This document shows, piece by piece, positions 59,939-64,000 of a stretch of DNA of 64,000 nt (the first letter of the stretch is position 1; each line of letters opens with the position of its first letter). Location of the stretch: positions 1 through 64,000 of the forward strand of contig NIVC01003898.1 in assembly GCA_002269645.1 (NCBI GenBank), written 5' to 3'. Origin of the DNA: Macrostomum lignano. Lineage: Eukaryota. The position numbers and the translations under genes are program-made. Under the pieces are notes generated by a model that was given only the letters and a program-made list of their open reading frames with translations, made no database searches and was not told the origin of the DNA.

Positions 59939-59989
59939 GATTGAGGCGGCTGGCAAAGCTTAATGGCTATAAAATAAGCTTAGCGTCTT

Positions 59990-60722
59990 TTGGTGTCGTC
60001 TGTTGTCGTCTGTTGTCTGTTGTAGTTTAGTGTTGTCTGTTGTCGGTTGGTGTCGTCTGTTGTCGGTTGGTGTCGTCTGTTGTCGTTTGGTGTCGTCTGT
60101 TGTCGTTTGGTGTCGTCTGTTGTCGTTTGGTGTCGTCTGTTGTCGTTTGGTGTCGTCTGTTGTCGTTTGGTGTCGTCTGTTGTCGTTTGGTGTCGTCTGT
60201 TGTCGTTTGGTGTCGTCTGTTGTCGGTTGGTGTCGTCTGTTGTCGTTTGGTGTCGTCTGTTGTCGTTTGGTGTCGTCTGTGTCGTTTGATTTCGTTTGCT
60301 GTCGTTTGTTGTCGTCTGTTGTCGGTTGGTGTCGTCTGTTGTCGCTTGGTGTCGTCTGTTGTCGTTTGGTGTCGTCTGTTGTCGTTTGGTGTCGTCTGTT
60401 GTCGTTTGGTGTCGTCTGTTGTCGTTTGGTGTCGTCTGGTGTCGGTTGGTGTCGTCTGGTGTCGGTTGGTGTCGTCTGTTGTCGTTTGGTGTCGTCTGTT
60501 GTCGTTTGGTGTCGTCTGTTGTCGTCTGTTGTCGTCTGTTCTCTGTTGTAGTTTAGTGTCGCCTGTTTTCGTCTGTTGTCTGTTGTCGTGGTGTCGTCTG
60601 TTGTCGTTTGGTGTCGTCTGTGGTCGGTTAGTGTCGTTAGTTGTCGCCTGTTGTCGTTTGTTGTCGTCTGTTGTCGGTTGGTGTCGTCTGGTGTCGTTTG
60701 ATGTCGGTCGCTCGGTGTCGTC
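59990..60722. repeat. 20-bp minisatellite (tgtcgtctgttgtcgtttgg)
   Basis: Directly visible, immediately upstream of the GPCR start. Confidence 0.95.
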
Positions 60723-62564
60723 TCTTATTAATTTCTGTCGTTTGCTATCGGTTTCTGACGTTTTTTTTCAACGGACAAATTTACAGCTACAAAGAATAGA
60801 AGCGAATTCTTTGCTTTTTATTCTGAAATCCATGGCTTTAGGGAGCGACAAACCGCTTGCGGATTGGTCTCTGCAGGCCGCACCACTGGGGAAGAGGGTT
60901 AACAGCGATTCACGTTGTGACTTCTTTTCTCACCTCCTCCTCTGCACCCCAGCACTGCAGTACCCGTAGCTACATAGCTGTGAATGCAACGAAGTTGTTC
61001 AAGCGATAATCAGGATTACGTGTGTAGATACGAGCCTGCGATTGAGTTAAGCCCTATGGAGCGATCATTTTATTTAGCAGCAGGACTGGAGGCAACTACA
61101 TGCATGCGGAATAAATCCAGAAAAAATAGCTTCAAAGTAGACAGAAACTGAGACAAAAGACATGGCCTAATGCCTTGAAGTCGTACAAGACAACGCGTGT
61201 CATAAAAGTGTCATAAAAGTATTAGAAAAACTCACGCGGCTAATCCTGCGGTTTAACAGATGTAAACAAAACTTTCTTCTAACTTTTATTTAATAGGATT
61301 ATTAAACTGCTCTCAATCAATCGACCTCTTTAGCTCGATCGAGTCGCAATGCTGATACGTTATGCACTCTATCTGTGCAAGATCCGCAGAAAGACCCTTA
61401 CAGCTTCATCTCATCGCATTCCCGTACTAATTTTATTAGGCTAGACTTCTATTCTCACACATTGACCAAATGCGGGTCGAAGTGCCAGGGAGAGGGAGAG
61501 GCCCAAGCTTTTCCTGTTGGAGAAAAAGAAACCTTATTTGGTCCGCGATTTGGACTCTACCGCGTGCCCAGTTTTCAAATTCCACTTCGACACGCTTCTC
61601 CGCAGATTGTTTGGACTGTGACGAATAAATAAACTCATCTGCTACGACCCGGATCAGATCCTGTCATATTCTCAATTGATGGATGAGTGATGGCAACTTT
61701 TTTTCTTATTATTTCATGCCGAACTTCTGATTTTCCACTCAGATGATTTTGATAAATAAATAAAGCTAGATGAGTTGTGGAGATTAATCTTCGAGTAAAT
61801 AATGATAATAATTAATTAAAAGTGCAAGAGCGCTTGGGACGGGTTGTCGCTGCAAAATTAATTAGTCATCGGAGTATCAAGTCAGTTGGATGCTTTTGCA
61901 CTAAACTTCCACCCTCTCTCACCTTTTGCAACTTCTCTCAAGTGTTTTTTCCTGAGATTTTTCTTTGTAAGTTGATCCAAATAAGTACATATAAGTCCAA
62001 AAGAGGATTGCGGAAAAAACATCGAGCCGTATAGTTGTTTTCGCTACGCAGAAGCCATAATAAAAAAGGTATGACGACTACAGAGACATTGTATCATTTC
62101 ATTCTTCTTTTATTCGGTAGTTCAATTTTCATCTAGTAAAACTGTCTCTGTTTGCTTTATATGCGATGAAGCATGACTTTCTCGGGAGCTGAATATATCA
62201 TAAAAATCTTCGGATCTATAAATAACTACTTTAGAATGCATGTGTTTATTTCCTGAACATAGAGCTAGAAATTCTCTAATAACTTCTGTTAGTGACATAC
62301 GCTCGTGCAATAGTCTATGGCCGCTGCGCCTCCCTCATCCCTTCCTAATATATAAGTGTCCTACCTTCATAATCTTGTTACAACCCCCGCTAACATTAAT
62401 GTGGTCCTAAAGCCAAATAAACAAGCAAAGCAAGATACGAGCTTCGTTATTCATCAAGCACTAGAGTTGCCATCAGAGCATCACAGTTAGTCTCTTAAAT
62501 GTTTTAAAAAATATGAACTTTATTTGGAGTGGCTGGAAAATTTTTGTGTCTTCGTTGGCACTAG

Positions 62565-63345
62565 TGTCTCTTGGTGGGCGCCTCCTGTCTTTTGGTGGGC
62601 GCCCCTGTCTCTTGGTGGGCGCCCCTGTCTCTTGGTGGGCGCTCCGTCTCTTGGTGGGCGCCCCTGTTTCTTGGTGGGCGCATTGTCTCTAGGTGGGCGC
62701 CCCTGTCTCTTGGTGGGCGCCCCTGTTTCTTGGTGGGCGCATTGTCTCTAGGTGGGCGCCCCGTCTCTTGGTGGGCGCCCCTGTTCTTGGTGGGCGCTTG
62801 TCTCTAGGTGGGCGCCCCGTCTCTTGGTGGGCGCCCCTGTCTCTTGGTGGGCGCTCCGTCTCTTGGTGGGCGCCCTGTTTCTTGGTGGGCGCATTGTCTC
62901 TAGGTGGGCGCCCCTGTCTCTTGGTGGGCGCTCCGTCTCTTGGTGGGCGCCCCTGTTTCTTGGTGGGCGCATTGTCTCTAGGTGGGCGCCCCTGTCTCTT
63001 GGTGGGCGCCCCTGTTTCTTGGTGGGCGCATTGTCTCTAGGTGGGCGCCCCTGTCTCTTGGTGGGCGCCCCTGTTTCTTGGTGGGCGCATTGTCTCTAGG
63101 TGGGCGCCCCTGTCTCTTGGTGGGCGCCCCTGTCTCTTGGTGCGCGCCCCGTCTTTTCGTGGGCGCCCCTGTTTCTTGGTGGGCGCCCCGTCTCTTGGTG
63201 GGCGCCCCTGTTTTTTCGTAGGCGCAGTGTCTCTAGGTGGGCGCCCCTGTCTCTTGGTGGGCGCCCCTGTCTCTTGGTGGGCGCCCCGTCTCTTGGTGGG
63301 CGCCCCCGTCTCTTGGTGGGCGCCCCGTCTCTTGGTGGGCATCGT
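62565..63345. repeat. 20-bp minisatellite (ttggtgggcgcccctgtctc) with 59/79-bp higher-order units
   Basis: The marker variant gcattgtctctaggtgg recurs every 3-4 units. Confidence 0.95.
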
Positions 63346-63782
63346 GTCTCCATCGACGATGTCAACATTGGATTAGACGTATATCTACTACTGTAGTAGC
63401 TTTATTCAGCAATTGGCAAGGTGAGATTCTCAATTTATAGCCAAAAAAACCTGAAAACTTTCTGACGCGGATTTGGTGGCAAAAGTGCAATTACTAGTGC
63501 AGAATCATTCTACTTTAATGGTGCATGGACGCGTCAGAATACCTGGATTTATTTGAAACAATCGTCAGCAATTCAAATTTAAAATTGATGAGTTGCAACT
63601 TTATGAGTTTGAAAGTTAAAAGCAAGTTTAAACAAATGCATCAAGAAATCAAATTTCGAGCTAAAGTTGCAGCTTAACTTAATCTTCTCATGGCAGTCAC
63701 TTTAATAATTTTAACAAAATTTATATCCACCAAGTTAATTTAATACTTTGTGTTGCTAGCAATCAAATTGAAAATCGCAGTC

Positions 63783-64000
63783 TGATGAGGACGCACTTTT
63801 TCCCAAATCCCGCGCTAGCACATGGGCTCTAAACTTACTTGCCTACTGACAGTGGACAAGGGGCATTTTTATCCTTTTTCTGCAAATTGTCATAGAATCT
63901 ATACTAGATATAATGTCTGGCCATACTAGTAGTCATAATAACATAGGCGTAGCTTTTTGGGTCGTAAATCATCGCTTCCGAAGTTGGTCTCACAGCCACC
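63783..64000 (+). mobile_element. Dispersed repeat, copy 2 (runs off the window end)
   Basis: Near-identical to 7033-7260. Confidence 0.8.

Noticed and set aside
54290-63440. TLCHSP, VVCCRL and WWAPL repeat ORFs, and short ORFs at 55-59 kb
   Set aside because: 20-bp satellite translations or non-repetitive intronic ORFs without recognisable motifs.

Overview
This is a eukaryotic (metazoan) genomic window, not prokaryotic. It has spliceosomal introns, SINEs, MITE/foldback elements, a solo LTR and many micro- and minisatellites. The gene style (poly-Ala/Gln tracts, GC-rich exons in satellite-rich introns) suggests an invertebrate, possibly a flatworm such as Macrostomum; this is inference only. 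Six genes can be reconstructed by hand. (1) A + strand intronless gene, open at the window start, with at least four von Willebrand A domains followed by about 750 extremely basic residues; its 5' half is interrupted by four apparent single-base frameshifts. (2) Endophilin B (minus strand, N-BAR exons only, one GC-AG intron, no SH3 exon found). (3) Kindlin/FERMT (minus, 3 exons, about 784 aa). (4) A TRPM-like channel whose N-terminus is ankyrin repeats instead of the SLOG/MHR1-2 region, with a degenerate pore (minus, one intron, one frameshift). (5) A 198-aa orphan ORF (+). (6) A 5-exon class A neuropeptide GPCR spread over 18 kb (minus, about 422 aa). The two strongest novelty candidates are the ankyrin-TRPM chimera and the vWA-polycation protein. 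Most long ORFs in the supplied track are artefacts of satellite DNA. No CRISPR array, rRNA or intact tRNA gene was seen. All family assignments come from remembered consensus sequences, not database searches.
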